Below the pieces are notes generated by a model. The model ran no database searches, was not told the DNA's origin, and saw nothing but the letters and a program-made list of their open reading frames with translations. From positions 32,257 to 96,256 of the forward strand of contig JAVJVN010000009.1 of the NCBI GenBank assembly GCA_040221055.1: a stretch of DNA of 64,000 nucleotides, read 5' to 3'. Below are positions 34,536 to 44,429 of this stretch, piece after piece; the stretch's first letter is position 1; every line of letters starts with the position of its first letter. The stretch comes from Rhodothermales bacterium (GTDB taxonomy: Bacteria > Bacteroidota > Rhodothermia > Rhodothermales > UBA10348). The translations under genes and the position numbers were made by a program.

Positions 34536-35243
34536 TCAACCCGGAAGATACGGGTCCCGTGAACCAAAAAGAGCAGAACCCACCCGGACATGTGTAGCAC
34601 CCTCTTCAATGGCTACTTCGAAGTCGTTGCTCATTCCCATGGACAACACGGGATGGGCGGCATCCACCAGGTGCGCGGCCACGTCCGGACGGGTGGAAAT
34701 GTCTTTCAGCAGGGCAAACTCTCCCCGGACATCCTCAGGATTGTCGGCCGGCGAGGCCAACGTCATGAAGCCCCGGATATGAATCCGGTTCAAGCCGGTC
34801 ATGCCGTCGAGGACAGACGCCACCTGGCTGACCGGCACACCGAACTTGGAGTCCTCATTTGAAACGTTGACCTGAAGCAGGCAATCCAGTCGGGATTCGG
34901 CGGCCAGAAGCCGCTTCTGCAGTTCCCGAGCAAGTCGGATGCTGTCCAGACCGTGGAAAAGAGATACATCCTCCGTGACATCCTTGGCCTTGTTCCGCTG
35001 CAAGTGGCCTATCAGATGCCATCGTATTGAGGTATCCGCCAATTCGCGGGACTTCTCCTGGAACTCCTGGACCTTGTTTTCCCCAAAATCGGTCTGTCCA
35101 AGGCTATGCAGGTCGCGCACGGCTTGGGCCGGAAAGGTCTTCGATACCGCAATCAAGGTTACGGCGCCGGGGTCCCGTCCGGAGCGGCGGGCGGCTTGGG
35201 CCATGCGGGTCCGGACGGCTTCAAGGCGTTCTTCAAGTGTCAT
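34536..35243 (-). CDS. yggS: YggS/YlmE family pyridoxal-phosphate homeostasis protein
   Basis: The ORF track starts at 35273. ATG 35243 (MTLEERLEAVRTRMAQAA) aligns better with YggS N-termini. LIAVSKTFP (PLP Lys), FGENKVQE, HLIGHLQRNK, SMGMSNDFEVAIEEGAT.VRVGSALFG. Confidence 0.9.
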   Translation of the reverse strand: MTLEERLEAVRTRMAQAARRSGRDPGAVTLIAVSKTFPAQAVRDLHSLGQTDFGENKVQEFQEKSRELADTSIRWHLIGHLQRNKAKDVTEDVSLFHGLDSIRLARELQKRLLAAESRLDCLLQVNVSNEDSKFGVPVSQVASVLDGMTGLNRIHIRGFMTLASPADNPEDVRGEFALLKDISTRPDVAAHLVDAAHPVLSMGMSNDFEVAIEEGATHVRVGSALFGSRDPYLPG

Positions 35244-37752
35244 TTCTGAGTACGTCCAGGGCTGATTTGTCATACACGCCGCGGGAGTTCAGCAAGCCGA
35301 TGAAGAGCGTCAAACCGATGACGCCACCCAACAAGACCAGAACGGGCACCGGAGCAACCACGAATGGCGTCTCGAACACGAAGCGCGCCAGTGCCCAGCC
35401 GGCACCCAGGGCAAGAATGATCCCCGTACTCGCCGCAACAAAACCCAGTACGGCATACTCGACGGCCATGATCCGGAGCACGGTCCGACGGGACGCGCCG
35501 AGCGTCTTGAGCAGTACGCTCTCCTCCATCCGCTGGAACCGGCTCACGAACACAGCTCCTGCCAGCACGATCAAACCCGTCAGGATGGAAAACAGGGCCA
35601 TGAAGCGGATAACGAAGGAAATGCGGCTGAAAATGGCATCGAATACGGACAACACGAGGGACAGGTCAATCGAAGACACGTTCGGGTACGATCGGGCGAG
35701 GGTCGAGAGTGCCCGGGCGGCCTCCTCCTCGGACGAAGTCCTGGCCGTGATCACATGGAAGGCCGGGGCGGAATCCAATGGACCGTCCGGAAAAACGAAG
35801 AAGAAGTTGGTCTGCAGACGGCGCCAGTCGACAGCACGAATGCTGCCGATGACCGTTTCGATCATGACCCCCTGCACGTTGAAAACCACGCGGTCTCCCA
35901 ATCCCACCTGCAACTCCGCGGCCACGTCGGCCTCTACGGAAACCGGAACGGGACCATCCGGCTCGGTGAACGTACCGATGAATGTTCCTTCCATTACCGT
36001 TTCGGCATCCGTAAGGACACTCCGGTAGGTAGACCTGTACTCCCTTCTATGAGCCCATGATGTGTCAAACGTCGAATCGGCCCGCATGTCATCCACGGTG
36101 CGATCCCCGATGGCATGGATCCGCATGGAGATGACCGGCGTCTCGGACAGGACCGGCACACCCAGTCCGGAGAGCTCAGCCGCGACCCCGGCCACTTGAG
36201 GGGGCTGAATGTCAAACAGGACCAGGTTGGGTCGCCCTTCCTGGTTGCCGACTTCGATCTGGCTCAGCAGGACGCGCTCGGATATCAGCATGGTTGCGAT
36301 CAGGAACGAACCCAGGCCGAGCGCCAGCACCATCATCAGCGTTTGATTGTTGGGCCGGTAAAGGTTGGATATCCCTTGTCTGACCACATACGGGAGGCGG
36401 GCCGGCGTGTACCTGACCAGGCTGCGCATGAGGATATGACTGGTTCCGGTCAACAGGAGGAAGACCACGCCCAATACAGCGGCATACGCCAGACCGATTC
36501 CCACGGTAGGCGCCTGAATGATGGCGAATGCCGTCAAACCAGCTGCCATGAGCAGCACGGCTGACCACCAGAGTCCATCCCTTCCACCGCTCCCGACAGC
36601 ATCGCTGCCCGAGCGGAGCGCATCCATGGGCGAGACCGACCGTACGGTGAGCAACGGCAGGATGGAAAAAAGCATGGTCACACCAATCCCGATGCCACTG
36701 CCCAACAGGACAGCGGACCATGAGATGGAAAAGGCTACATCGACCGGAAGGAAGTCGGTCAGTACTCGAGGAATGAGCGTCTGGATACCAACCCCGACCA
36801 GGCTGCCCAGCAGCGCACCGACCAATCCCATCCCGAAAGACTGTAGTACATACACACCCACTGTGGACCAGGAAGATGCGCCAAAGCACCGAAGTACGGC
36901 TACGGTGGCTATGCGCTGCCGGATGTATACATGCACGGAGCTCGCCACGCCGAGACTACCCAACAGCAGCGCCATGAAGCCGATGAGCCCCAGAAACCGG
37001 TACAGGTTGGTCAGGCCCCGGTCCCAGCTCCGTTGCTCCTCCTGGACGGTATCGGAGCCGATTCGGGCCTCCCGCAGGGTGGTTTCCAAGGAATCCCGGA
37101 GCGCATCGGCATCCCTGCCGTCATCGAACCGGAAATAGACCTCGTAATCCACCTGGCTACCGGCAACCAGCAGCGTCGTATCCACCTTGGCCAGCGGAAT
37201 GTATATCCGAGGACTGAAGAGCATGGCGGCACCGGACTCCCGTGGCGTCTCCAGTAATTTCCCCATGACTGGATAGGAGACGGTACCGATGCGTACCGAG
37301 TCGCCAACCGCCACGTTGAATTGACTCATGAGCGTTCCATCGACCAGCGCTCCTCCCGCGTCGAGATAGCTGTCTGCCGCTTCTGGCGGGTCGGTGACCA
37401 CGGAGCCATAAAACGGGTACCCCGGTTCATGAGCACGAACGGTCGCCAGACGCGCTTCCGATGACCGGGTAAACAGCGCCATGGATGCGAACGATGTCCG
37501 GCGGCTCTGTGTCCCGCCGATCGAATCGATCAGGGCTTCAATAGGGTCCGGAAACGGCGTCGAGCTCTCGAAACTCAGGTCGGCGCCGAGTAATGTGCGG
37601 GCTTCATTGTCGATGGACGTCTTGAGGTTGTCACCGAACGAGTTGATGGATACCAACGCGGCAACGCCCAGGACCATGGACGATACGAACAGAAGCATCC
37701 GCTTTCTGCTACCACGGGAATCCCGCCACGCGAACGATCGGATCCAACCCAT
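35233..37752 (-). CDS. YbbP-like FtsX-family ABC transporter permease (about 10 TM helices)
   Basis: The ORF track starts at 37839. ATG 37752 (MGWIRSFAWRDSRGSRKRMLLFV) lies 1 nt after the ATPase stop (37754-37756). Two FtsX modules (VAVLRCFGASSWSTVGVYVLQSFGMGLVGA; SVLLKTLGASRRTVLRIMAVEYAVLGFVAA). Confidence 0.82.
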   Translation of the reverse strand: MGWIRSFAWRDSRGSRKRMLLFVSSMVLGVAALVSINSFGDNLKTSIDNEARTLLGADLSFESSTPFPDPIEALIDSIGGTQSRRTSFASMALFTRSSEARLATVRAHEPGYPFYGSVVTDPPEAADSYLDAGGALVDGTLMSQFNVAVGDSVRIGTVSYPVMGKLLETPRESGAAMLFSPRIYIPLAKVDTTLLVAGSQVDYEVYFRFDDGRDADALRDSLETTLREARIGSDTVQEEQRSWDRGLTNLYRFLGLIGFMALLLGSLGVASSVHVYIRQRIATVAVLRCFGASSWSTVGVYVLQSFGMGLVGALLGSLVGVGIQTLIPRVLTDFLPVDVAFSISWSAVLLGSGIGIGVTMLFSILPLLTVRSVSPMDALRSGSDAVGSGGRDGLWWSAVLLMAAGLTAFAIIQAPTVGIGLAYAAVLGVVFLLLTGTSHILMRSLVRYTPARLPYVVRQGISNLYRPNNQTLMMVLALGLGSFLIATMLISERVLLSQIEVGNQEGRPNLVLFDIQPPQVAGVAAELSGLGVPVLSETPVISMRIHAIGDRTVDDMRADSTFDTSWAHRREYRSTYRSVLTDAETVMEGTFIGTFTEPDGPVPVSVEADVAAELQVGLGDRVVFNVQGVMIETVIGSIRAVDWRRLQTNFFFVFPDGPLDSAPAFHVITARTSSEEEAARALSTLARSYPNVSSIDLSLVLSVFDAIFSRISFVIRFMALFSILTGLIVLAGAVFVSRFQRMEESVLLKTLGASRRTVLRIMAVEYAVLGFVAASTGIILALGAGWALARFVFETPFVVAPVPVLVLLGGVIGLTLFIGLLNSRGVYDKSALDVLRNDT

Positions 37753-37753
37753 G

Positions 37754-38443
37754 TCAGGCCCCCACCAGGGCGGTGTCTTCGATGACTTTACCCCCCTTGA
37801 GACGGATGACCCGACCGGTCCGGGATGCCAGCTCGGCATCGTGCGTAACGAGGATGAGTGTCGTACCGGCGGTTTCGTTCAGTGAAAACAATAGATTTTC
37901 CACCTGCTCTCCCGTCTCGGCATCCAGATTTCCCGTGGGTTCATCCGCGAACAGGATATCCGGCCGATTGATGAATGCCCGCGCCAAGGCAACACGCTGC
38001 TGCTCCCCTCCCGACAATTGGGCAGGATAATGATCCAGGCGATCCCCCAATCCGACACTCGACAGCAATGCGGCAGCCTCGTCTCGGACATGGCGGCGCC
38101 CGCGGAGTTCGGCGGGTACCATCACGTTCTCCAAGGCGGACAGCGTAGGCAACAGTCGGAAGGACTGGAAGACGAAGCCGACGTGTTCATTCCGGACGCG
38201 GGCCCGTTCGTCCTCACCCATCTCGACGAGCGGATTTCCGCACAACCGGACCGTTCCACGCGTCGGCGCGTCCAATCCGGCCGCAAGGCCCAAAAGGGTT
38301 GTCTTGCCGCTGCCTGATGGACCAACGATGGCACATGTGTCTCCGGCAGTGAGATCAAAGGAGACTGAATCGAGTACAGTCAATGACTTCATTCCACTCC
38401 GGAACGTTTTGGTCAGGTCCCTGACCTCAAGTACAAACGCCAT
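37754..38443 (-). CDS. ABC transporter ATP-binding protein (YbbA/LolD-like)
   Basis: 229 aa. Walker A GPSGSGKTT, Q-loop FQSF, signature LSGGEQQR, Walker B ILFADEPTGNLD, H-loop VTHD. Confidence 0.9.
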   Translation of the reverse strand: MAFVLEVRDLTKTFRSGMKSLTVLDSVSFDLTAGDTCAIVGPSGSGKTTLLGLAAGLDAPTRGTVRLCGNPLVEMGEDERARVRNEHVGFVFQSFRLLPTLSALENVMVPAELRGRRHVRDEAAALLSSVGLGDRLDHYPAQLSGGEQQRVALARAFINRPDILFADEPTGNLDAETGEQVENLLFSLNETAGTTLILVTHDAELASRTGRVIRLKGGKVIEDTALVGA

Positions 38444-38458
38444 CTGCCCAGATATTCA

Positions 38459-39193
38459 ATGAGAAAGGCTGTCCTATACCTCACACTGGTACTCGGGGTT
38501 CTGTCCCTCCCTGCGTGTTCCTCCGATAGTTCATCCGGATCCGATCAACGCGCGGAAAATCAATCCGCCGTCACGGCTGAACCGATGGCCGAGTCCGCCA
38601 GCGAACGTGCGGACAACCCGGATGCGCTTCGCATCCTCTTTCTTGGCGACAGCATCACGGCAGCCTACGGATTGGACGAAAGACAGGGATTCGTGCATCT
38701 TGTCGGAGAACGTCTGGATTCCGTGGGAATCCCGTCCACCGTAATCAATGCCGGCGTTTCGGGCGATACGAGTACCGGTGGCCTGAATCGACTGGACTGG
38801 CTCCTGAACCAGGGACTGGATATCCTGGTCCTGGAGCTGGGTGGCAATGACGGGCTGAGGGGAATTGATGTGGACTTGACCCGCTCGAACCTTGCGGCCA
38901 TCATCGAACAAACCCGCTCCGCATCCCCGGGCACGGAGATCATCCTCGCCGGGATGCAGGTCCCCCCGAATCTGGGTCAGGACTATACACGTCGCTTCAG
39001 TTCGATGTATTCGGATCTCGCTGCAGAATACGAAACGCACCTCATCCCCTTCATCCTGGAAGGCGTCGGCGGGAATCCCGCCTTGAACCTTCCGGATGGC
39101 ATACACCCCACCGCCGAGGGTCACCGCATCCTGGCGGAGACCGTGTGGGACGTATTGTACCCCGTTGCCAGGGACCGCGTCAGAGTGCCTTGA
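38459..39193 (+). CDS. SGNH/GDSL arylesterase-thioesterase (TesA-like) lipoprotein
   Basis: 244 aa. Lipobox LSLPAC. Block I ILFLGDSIT, block II GVSGDT, block III LELGGNDG, block V DGIHPTAEGH. It is divergent from the ABC ATPase with only 15 nt between the start codons. Confidence 0.86.
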   Translation: MRKAVLYLTLVLGVLSLPACSSDSSSGSDQRAENQSAVTAEPMAESASERADNPDALRILFLGDSITAAYGLDERQGFVHLVGERLDSVGIPSTVINAGVSGDTSTGGLNRLDWLLNQGLDILVLELGGNDGLRGIDVDLTRSNLAAIIEQTRSASPGTEIILAGMQVPPNLGQDYTRRFSSMYSDLAAEYETHLIPFILEGVGGNPALNLPDGIHPTAEGHRILAETVWDVLYPVARDRVRVP

Positions 39194-40604
39194 CTTCGTT
39201 CAATACGTTGGCAATCGACTCCTTCGCATCCCCGAAGAGCATCTGGTTGTTCGAGTTGTAGAACAACTCATTGTCGATTCCGGCGTATCCGGGTCGCATG
39301 GATCGTTTCAGGACGATTGTCGTAGCCGCATGATCGACGTTCAGGATGGGCATGCCGTAGATCGGGCTGCTCTTGTCGTGTCGTGCAGCCGGGTTCACCA
39401 CGTCGTTGGCACCAATGACCACTGCCACGTCCGTAGTGGCGAACTCACCGTTGATCTCGTCCATTTCGAACAGTTTGTCGTAGGATACATTCGCCTCGGC
39501 GAGCAGCACGTTCATGTGCCCCGGCATGCGACCGGCCACGGGATGAACGGCAAATTTGACCTCAACATCCCGTTTTTCAAGTTCCTCGGCCAACTCACGG
39601 ACCGCATGCTGCGCCTGGGCTACTGCCATGCCGTATCCCGGCACGAAAATGACTTTGCTGGCATACGTCAGCAGAATGGCCACGTCGTCCGGTGTCGTTG
39701 AGTTCACAGTCAGATTGCCGACAGTCGGTCCACCACTGGACGCGTCCCCTCCACCATCGCCACCGAATCCACCGAGAAGCACGTTAAGCAGGGAACGGTT
39801 CATGGCGACGCACATGATGTTCGTCAGGATGAGTCCGGAGGCGCCTACCAACGCACCCGATACAATCAAGGCGGTGTTGTCCAGCACGAATCCCGTAGCA
39901 GCAGCGGCCAGACCCGAATAGGAATTCAGCAGTGCGACAACCACTGGCATGTCGGCCCCACCAATGGGAATGACGAGCAGTATACCGAGCAGGAAGGCCA
40001 TGCCTCCCACGATCAGTGCTCCATAGATCACTGGCTCGGGAATCTGATGAATCTCGTTGGCTCCCATGACCATCCACGTCGTGCCAGCAACCACTGCCAG
40101 AACGAACAGGATGGTCAGGAGACGCATGCCCGGAAACGAAATCGGGTTTCCTGAAATGCGTTCCGACAACTTCCCGAAAGCGACGAAGCTGCCGGTGAAG
40201 GTGATCGTACCGATGAGGATGGACAACGCGATGGTGAAGGCGCTGACCGCGTCCAGCACCACTTCCCCGTGGGACAGGATCCGCGCGATTTCTGCCGAAG
40301 CAACGAGCGTGGAGGCAATACCCCCGAATCCGTTGAACGCCGCGACCAGTTCCGGCATTCCGGTCATTTCAACGCGCTTGGCGAGCAGCAGTCCGATACC
40401 GGTGCCGACCACCAGCCCCAGGAGCATTTGTGCCGGCGTCAGGATTTCCTGCAGGAACAACGTGGCAACGACCGCCACCAACATTCCGAGGGCGGCAAGC
40501 TGGTTGCCCTTCCGCGCCGTAGCCGGGGATTGGAGACGCTTGAGTCCAAAGATGAAAAGGACTGCGGAAACCAGGTAGGCAATGTCAATAATGGCTTGTT
40601 TCAT
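39180..40604 (-). CDS. pntB: NAD(P) transhydrogenase subunit beta
   Basis: The track start 40607 is GTG and the adjacent ATG is 40604 (MKQAIIDIAYLVSAVLFIFGLKRL). C-terminal dIII domain: VIFVPGYGMAVAQAQH, GANDVVNPAA, GYAGIDNELFY. Confidence 0.93.
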   Translation of the reverse strand: MKQAIIDIAYLVSAVLFIFGLKRLQSPATARKGNQLAALGMLVAVVATLFLQEILTPAQMLLGLVVGTGIGLLLAKRVEMTGMPELVAAFNGFGGIASTLVASAEIARILSHGEVVLDAVSAFTIALSILIGTITFTGSFVAFGKLSERISGNPISFPGMRLLTILFVLAVVAGTTWMVMGANEIHQIPEPVIYGALIVGGMAFLLGILLVIPIGGADMPVVVALLNSYSGLAAAATGFVLDNTALIVSGALVGASGLILTNIMCVAMNRSLLNVLLGGFGGDGGGDASSGGPTVGNLTVNSTTPDDVAILLTYASKVIFVPGYGMAVAQAQHAVRELAEELEKRDVEVKFAVHPVAGRMPGHMNVLLAEANVSYDKLFEMDEINGEFATTDVAVVIGANDVVNPAARHDKSSPIYGMPILNVDHAATTIVLKRSMRPGYAGIDNELFYNSNNQMLFGDAKESIANVLNEVKAL

Positions 40605-40608
40605 CACG

Positions 40609-40884
40609 TCACTTGTCCTTTTTCTTGAACATCTGCAGCATCCGGTCGGTGACCATGAAACCGCCCACTACGTTGATGGTGGCAAAGATCAACGCGCCAA
40701 CACCAATCCACATGGCCCATGGATCGTCCACCATACCGGCCACGACGAGCGCCCCGACAATGGTGATGCCGGAAACGGCATTCGACCCGGACATGAGCGG
40801 TGTGTGCAGCGTCTGGGGGACCTTCGAGATGACTTCCATCCCGATGAAGGCCGCCAATACAAATACGATCAGGTTCTCAATCAT
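40609..40884 (-). CDS. pntAB: NAD(P) transhydrogenase subunit alpha, part 2 (membrane part)
   Basis: The ORF track starts at 40941. ATG 40884 (MIENLIVFVLAAFIGMEVISKVP) overlaps the pntAA stop as ATGA. HTPLMSGSNAVSGITIVGA. Confidence 0.88.
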   Translation of the reverse strand: MIENLIVFVLAAFIGMEVISKVPQTLHTPLMSGSNAVSGITIVGALVVAGMVDDPWAMWIGVGALIFATINVVGGFMVTDRMLQMFKKKDK

Positions 40885-42014
40885 GATGAAAGCACGTTTT
40901 TGACTCGTTCGTGGACCACTTCCCCGTCGCGACAGACGCACGATCCGGCAAACACCTCATCGTCCGTATTCGGTTTGAATCCGTTCTCGTCCGTGAAGTC
41001 CTGCAACATGGCCAACAGCGTGCGTGCGTACAACTGGCTGGCATGTACCGGCATGTCCGTGGTCAGGTTGGTTGCACCGATGATGGTAACCCCATGCCGG
41101 ACAACCGTCTGGTCGGCCTCGGTCAAGGCACAGTTTCCTCCGTTGGCGGCTGCCATGTCCACGATGACACTGCCAGGCGTCATGGCCTTGACGGCATCTT
41201 CCGAAATGAGGACAGGGGCTTTCCTGCCCGGAATGAGTGCGGTCGATACGACGACATCCGACTTGCCGATGAACGGCACAAGCAATTCCACCTGGCGTTT
41301 TGATTTTTCCTCGGCCAACGCTTTCGCATAGCCGCCGGAATCCTGCATGTCGCCGATCTCGAGTTCCAACTCCACGAATTGTGCCCCAAGCGAGTGGACC
41401 TCTTCTTTTGCCGCCTCCCGGATATCGTACGCGGACACCTTGGCTCCCAACCGTCGCGCCGTGGCTATGGCCTGCAGCCCGGCAACGCCTGCTCCCAGAA
41501 CGAGCACGTTGGACGGTCGGACGGTACCGGCCGCGGTCGTCAACAACGGAAAGAATTTCGGCAGGGTAGTTGCCGCCATCAGCATGGCCCGGTATCCACC
41601 AATCGAGGAGAGTGCAGACAACGCGTCCATCTTCTGGGCACGTGAAATCCGCGGAACCAGCTCCATGGAAAGTGCTGTTACCCCCTGCGTTGCAAGCGCA
41701 GCCGACCGGCTGGCATCATCCAATGGACTCAGGAATCCGATGTAGGCACCACCCTTGCGCATCAATCCGATTTCCTGATCATCGGGAGGACGAACCTTGA
41801 CCACGATGTCGCTTGAGAATGCGGCACTCCGATCCACCATCGTGGCTCCCGCGTCCGTGAATTCCTGGTCCGATACGTATGCGCCGTCACCCGCACCACG
41901 TTCGACCTGAACCGTGGCGCCGGCTTTCACCAGCTTGCTCACCACTTCAGGTACGAGCGCGACCATGCGTTCACCTGTCGCGGTTTCCTTCGGAACTCCA
42001 ATCGTGTATCCCAT
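40881..42014 (-). CDS. pntAA: NAD(P) transhydrogenase subunit alpha, part 1 (dI, alanine-dehydrogenase-like)
   Basis: 377 aa. IGVPKETATGERMVALVPE, VLVLGAGVAGLQAIATARRLGA (Rossmann), ALIPGRKAP. Confidence 0.92.
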   Translation of the reverse strand: MGYTIGVPKETATGERMVALVPEVVSKLVKAGATVQVERGAGDGAYVSDQEFTDAGATMVDRSAAFSSDIVVKVRPPDDQEIGLMRKGGAYIGFLSPLDDASRSAALATQGVTALSMELVPRISRAQKMDALSALSSIGGYRAMLMAATTLPKFFPLLTTAAGTVRPSNVLVLGAGVAGLQAIATARRLGAKVSAYDIREAAKEEVHSLGAQFVELELEIGDMQDSGGYAKALAEEKSKRQVELLVPFIGKSDVVVSTALIPGRKAPVLISEDAVKAMTPGSVIVDMAAANGGNCALTEADQTVVRHGVTIIGATNLTTDMPVHASQLYARTLLAMLQDFTDENGFKPNTDDEVFAGSCVCRDGEVVHERVKNVLSS

Positions 42015-42146
42015 GGGCCTGCCGTCTTGACTTGTTGTGCGGCATATATATACAAAGCCTTACCCGTCAGCGCAACGGAGCAGATCCAGCGGACTGTTGC
42101 AGGGGATTCCCTGACACGACTTGGGTGCGTTCAAACGCCCTGTTTA

Positions 42147-43223
42147 TCAGGCGTCCCGTTCGAATCCGTCCATGAAATCAATCAGTGCCTCCACGGATGA
42201 GCGATCACAGGCATTATAGATGGATGCACGGATGCCCCCGACACTCCTGTGCCCCTTCAGGCCCACAAGCCCCTTCTTCTTGGCCCCGGCAATGAATGCG
42301 GATTCCATCGCCTCATCAGGCAGGCGGAATGTGACATTCATGTTCGACCGCGAAGCCGTCTGTGCCGTGCCCCGGTAGAAATCCGTCCGATCCAGCCGGT
42401 CATAGAGCAGGCGCGCCTTCTGGTCGTTGCGACGCTCCATCTCGACCAGACCTCCCAGATCTTTCAACCAACGGAGCACCTTTTCAACCATGTATACCGC
42501 GAAAACGGGTGGCGTGTTGAACAATTTGGATGCGTGCACCCGGTAGTCCAGCATCGTGGGCACGTTTGGATTGGCGCGTTCCATGAACGATGAACGAACG
42601 AGAACGACGGTCACTCCGGCCGGTCCGATATTCTTCTGCGCACCCGCATAGATGAGCGAATACCGGTTCATGTCGAGGGGGCGCGCCAGGAAATCGGACG
42701 ACGCATCGCAGATGAGGGGTGCGGGTACATCCGGATCCCACGTCATGCGGGTACCGTAAATGGTATTGTTCGAAGTGACATGGACATAGGCCGGGTTCTC
42801 GGAATGGACCCAGCTGGCCTGCGGTGGCACATGGTCGTAGCCGGTCTCTTCGCTGCTGGCAGCCACGTTCACCGTACCCACGAACTGGCCTTGCTGGATG
42901 GCCTTGCTGGACCACTCACCCGTGTCCACATAATCGGCGGTACGACCTGCGGGCAGGAAATTAAGTGCCGTCTGATAGAACTGGAGCGATGCACCGCCCT
43001 GCAGAAAGAGGATTTGCCAATCATCATCCAGGCCCAGCAGGTCCTTGAAATGCTGCCGGGCCGCATCGGCGACTGCCGTGTACTCCGCCGAACGGTGGCT
43101 GATTTCCATGATGGATGCGCCGGCCGTTTTGTAGACGAGCATTTCGTCACGCGCTTCTTCGAGAACGGGTCGGGGCAACGTGCCCGGTCCGGCTGAAAAG
43201 TTGTGGATGCGTTCCATGGTCAT
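42147..43223 (-). CDS. serC: Phosphoserine aminotransferase
   Basis: 358 aa. HNFSAGPGTLP, EISHRS, YAGAQKNIGPAGVT (PLP Lys). ATG 43223 overlaps the serA stop (ATGA). Confidence 0.93.
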   Translation of the reverse strand: MTMERIHNFSAGPGTLPRPVLEEARDEMLVYKTAGASIMEISHRSAEYTAVADAARQHFKDLLGLDDDWQILFLQGGASLQFYQTALNFLPAGRTADYVDTGEWSSKAIQQGQFVGTVNVAASSEETGYDHVPPQASWVHSENPAYVHVTSNNTIYGTRMTWDPDVPAPLICDASSDFLARPLDMNRYSLIYAGAQKNIGPAGVTVVLVRSSFMERANPNVPTMLDYRVHASKLFNTPPVFAVYMVEKVLRWLKDLGGLVEMERRNDQKARLLYDRLDRTDFYRGTAQTASRSNMNVTFRLPDEAMESAFIAGAKKKGLVGLKGHRSVGGIRASIYNACDRSSVEALIDFMDGFERDA

Positions 43224-44422
43224 AATTCCATCAGGCTCACGGCCAGAATATCATCAAGTTCAGAAATACGTTCGACGACGGCCGTTTGCACTGTTCCATC
43301 GAACCGAATGTACGCACACGCTGCCTTCGCACCATCAAAAACCACGTTCTCCATTTCGTGGATGTTCCAGTTCGCCTGCCGCATGGTCTCAAGGACACCG
43401 GCCAGCACACCGACTTTGTCCCGGTGCCGGACGGTCAACTGGTGGGTTGCTGGCGTTTTCGTGGCCAGGTTCACACAATTGGGTACGTCACCGGTCGTCG
43501 CGTAGGTGATAATGATACGGGCAGCCTCCTCGGCGATGGCGTTCTGCGCCTGCTCCGTGGATGCACCGATATGATGGGTCAAGTAGACATTCGGATGGGA
43601 TGCGAGCGGATGCTGGAACGACCCGCTCTTGGCGGCAGGTTCGTCTGAAAATACATCCAGTGCAACGCGTATGCCCTTGTCCTGCATGGCCTGTGTCATG
43701 GCCGCTTCATCCACGACGGACGCCCGCGTGGTATTGATGAAGAAGGCGCCCTGTTTCATGGCGCCGAAGAATGCCTTGTCGGCCAATTGGCGGGTATCAT
43801 CCGTCGCCGCCACGTGCAGGGTCACCGCGTCAGCGCGGGCTGCAACATCCACCGGGGAGTCCACACGAAGGACACCGAGTTCCCTCGCCTGGGCATCGGT
43901 GAGGGACCTGGACCATCCTACGATATGCATACCGAGTGCATGGGCCATGCTGACGACTTCCCGACCGATGTTTCCCAAGCCGACTACGCCAAGCGTCCGT
44001 CCCTTCAAGCCCTCGGCCTTTCCGTACTTGGCCTTGTTCCATGCGCCGGAGCGAGCATCCATGACATTGTCCGGGATGGACCGATCCAGCGCCATCAAGA
44101 GGCCGATGGTCAATTCGGCCACCGCCGTGGCGTTCTTTCCGGGGCAATTGGCCACGAACACGCCTGCCTCCGATGCCGTCAGCACATCGATCGTGTCGTA
44201 TCCCGCGCCTGCCCGTACAATGAGTTCCAGTGCTGGCGAAGCCAGGATGGCCTCCTTGGGTACCTTCGTGGACCGGACGACCAATACCTGAGGGGCATGT
44301 CTGCCCAACGCGGCCGTCAGCGCGTCTCCCGATAGTCCGGGTTCGTTGACCACCTCCAGGGACGCTTCACCAAGCATGGATAGAACAGTGTCGGACAGAC
44401 TGTCGGCAAGCAATACGCGCAT
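43220..44422 (-). CDS. serA: D-3-phosphoglycerate dehydrogenase (with C-terminal ACT-like domain)
   Basis: The track start 44437 is TTG. ATG 44422 (MRVLLADSL) is 7 nt after the DUF1015 stop. GVVGLGNIGREV (NAD site), HIGAST, and a C-terminal regulatory domain. Confidence 0.9.
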   Translation of the reverse strand: MRVLLADSLSDTVLSMLGEASLEVVNEPGLSGDALTAALGRHAPQVLVVRSTKVPKEAILASPALELIVRAGAGYDTIDVLTASEAGVFVANCPGKNATAVAELTIGLLMALDRSIPDNVMDARSGAWNKAKYGKAEGLKGRTLGVVGLGNIGREVVSMAHALGMHIVGWSRSLTDAQARELGVLRVDSPVDVAARADAVTLHVAATDDTRQLADKAFFGAMKQGAFFINTTRASVVDEAAMTQAMQDKGIRVALDVFSDEPAAKSGSFQHPLASHPNVYLTHHIGASTEQAQNAIAEEAARIIITYATTGDVPNCVNLATKTPATHQLTVRHRDKVGVLAGVLETMRQANWNIHEMENVVFDGAKAACAYIRFDGTVQTAVVERISELDDILAVSLMEL

Positions 44423-44429
44423 GGGGATC

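Noticed and set aside
35027-36028. 333-aa plus-strand ORF
   Set aside because: It is antisense to yggS and the YbbP-like permease, with a Ser/Arg/Thr/Pro-rich translation.
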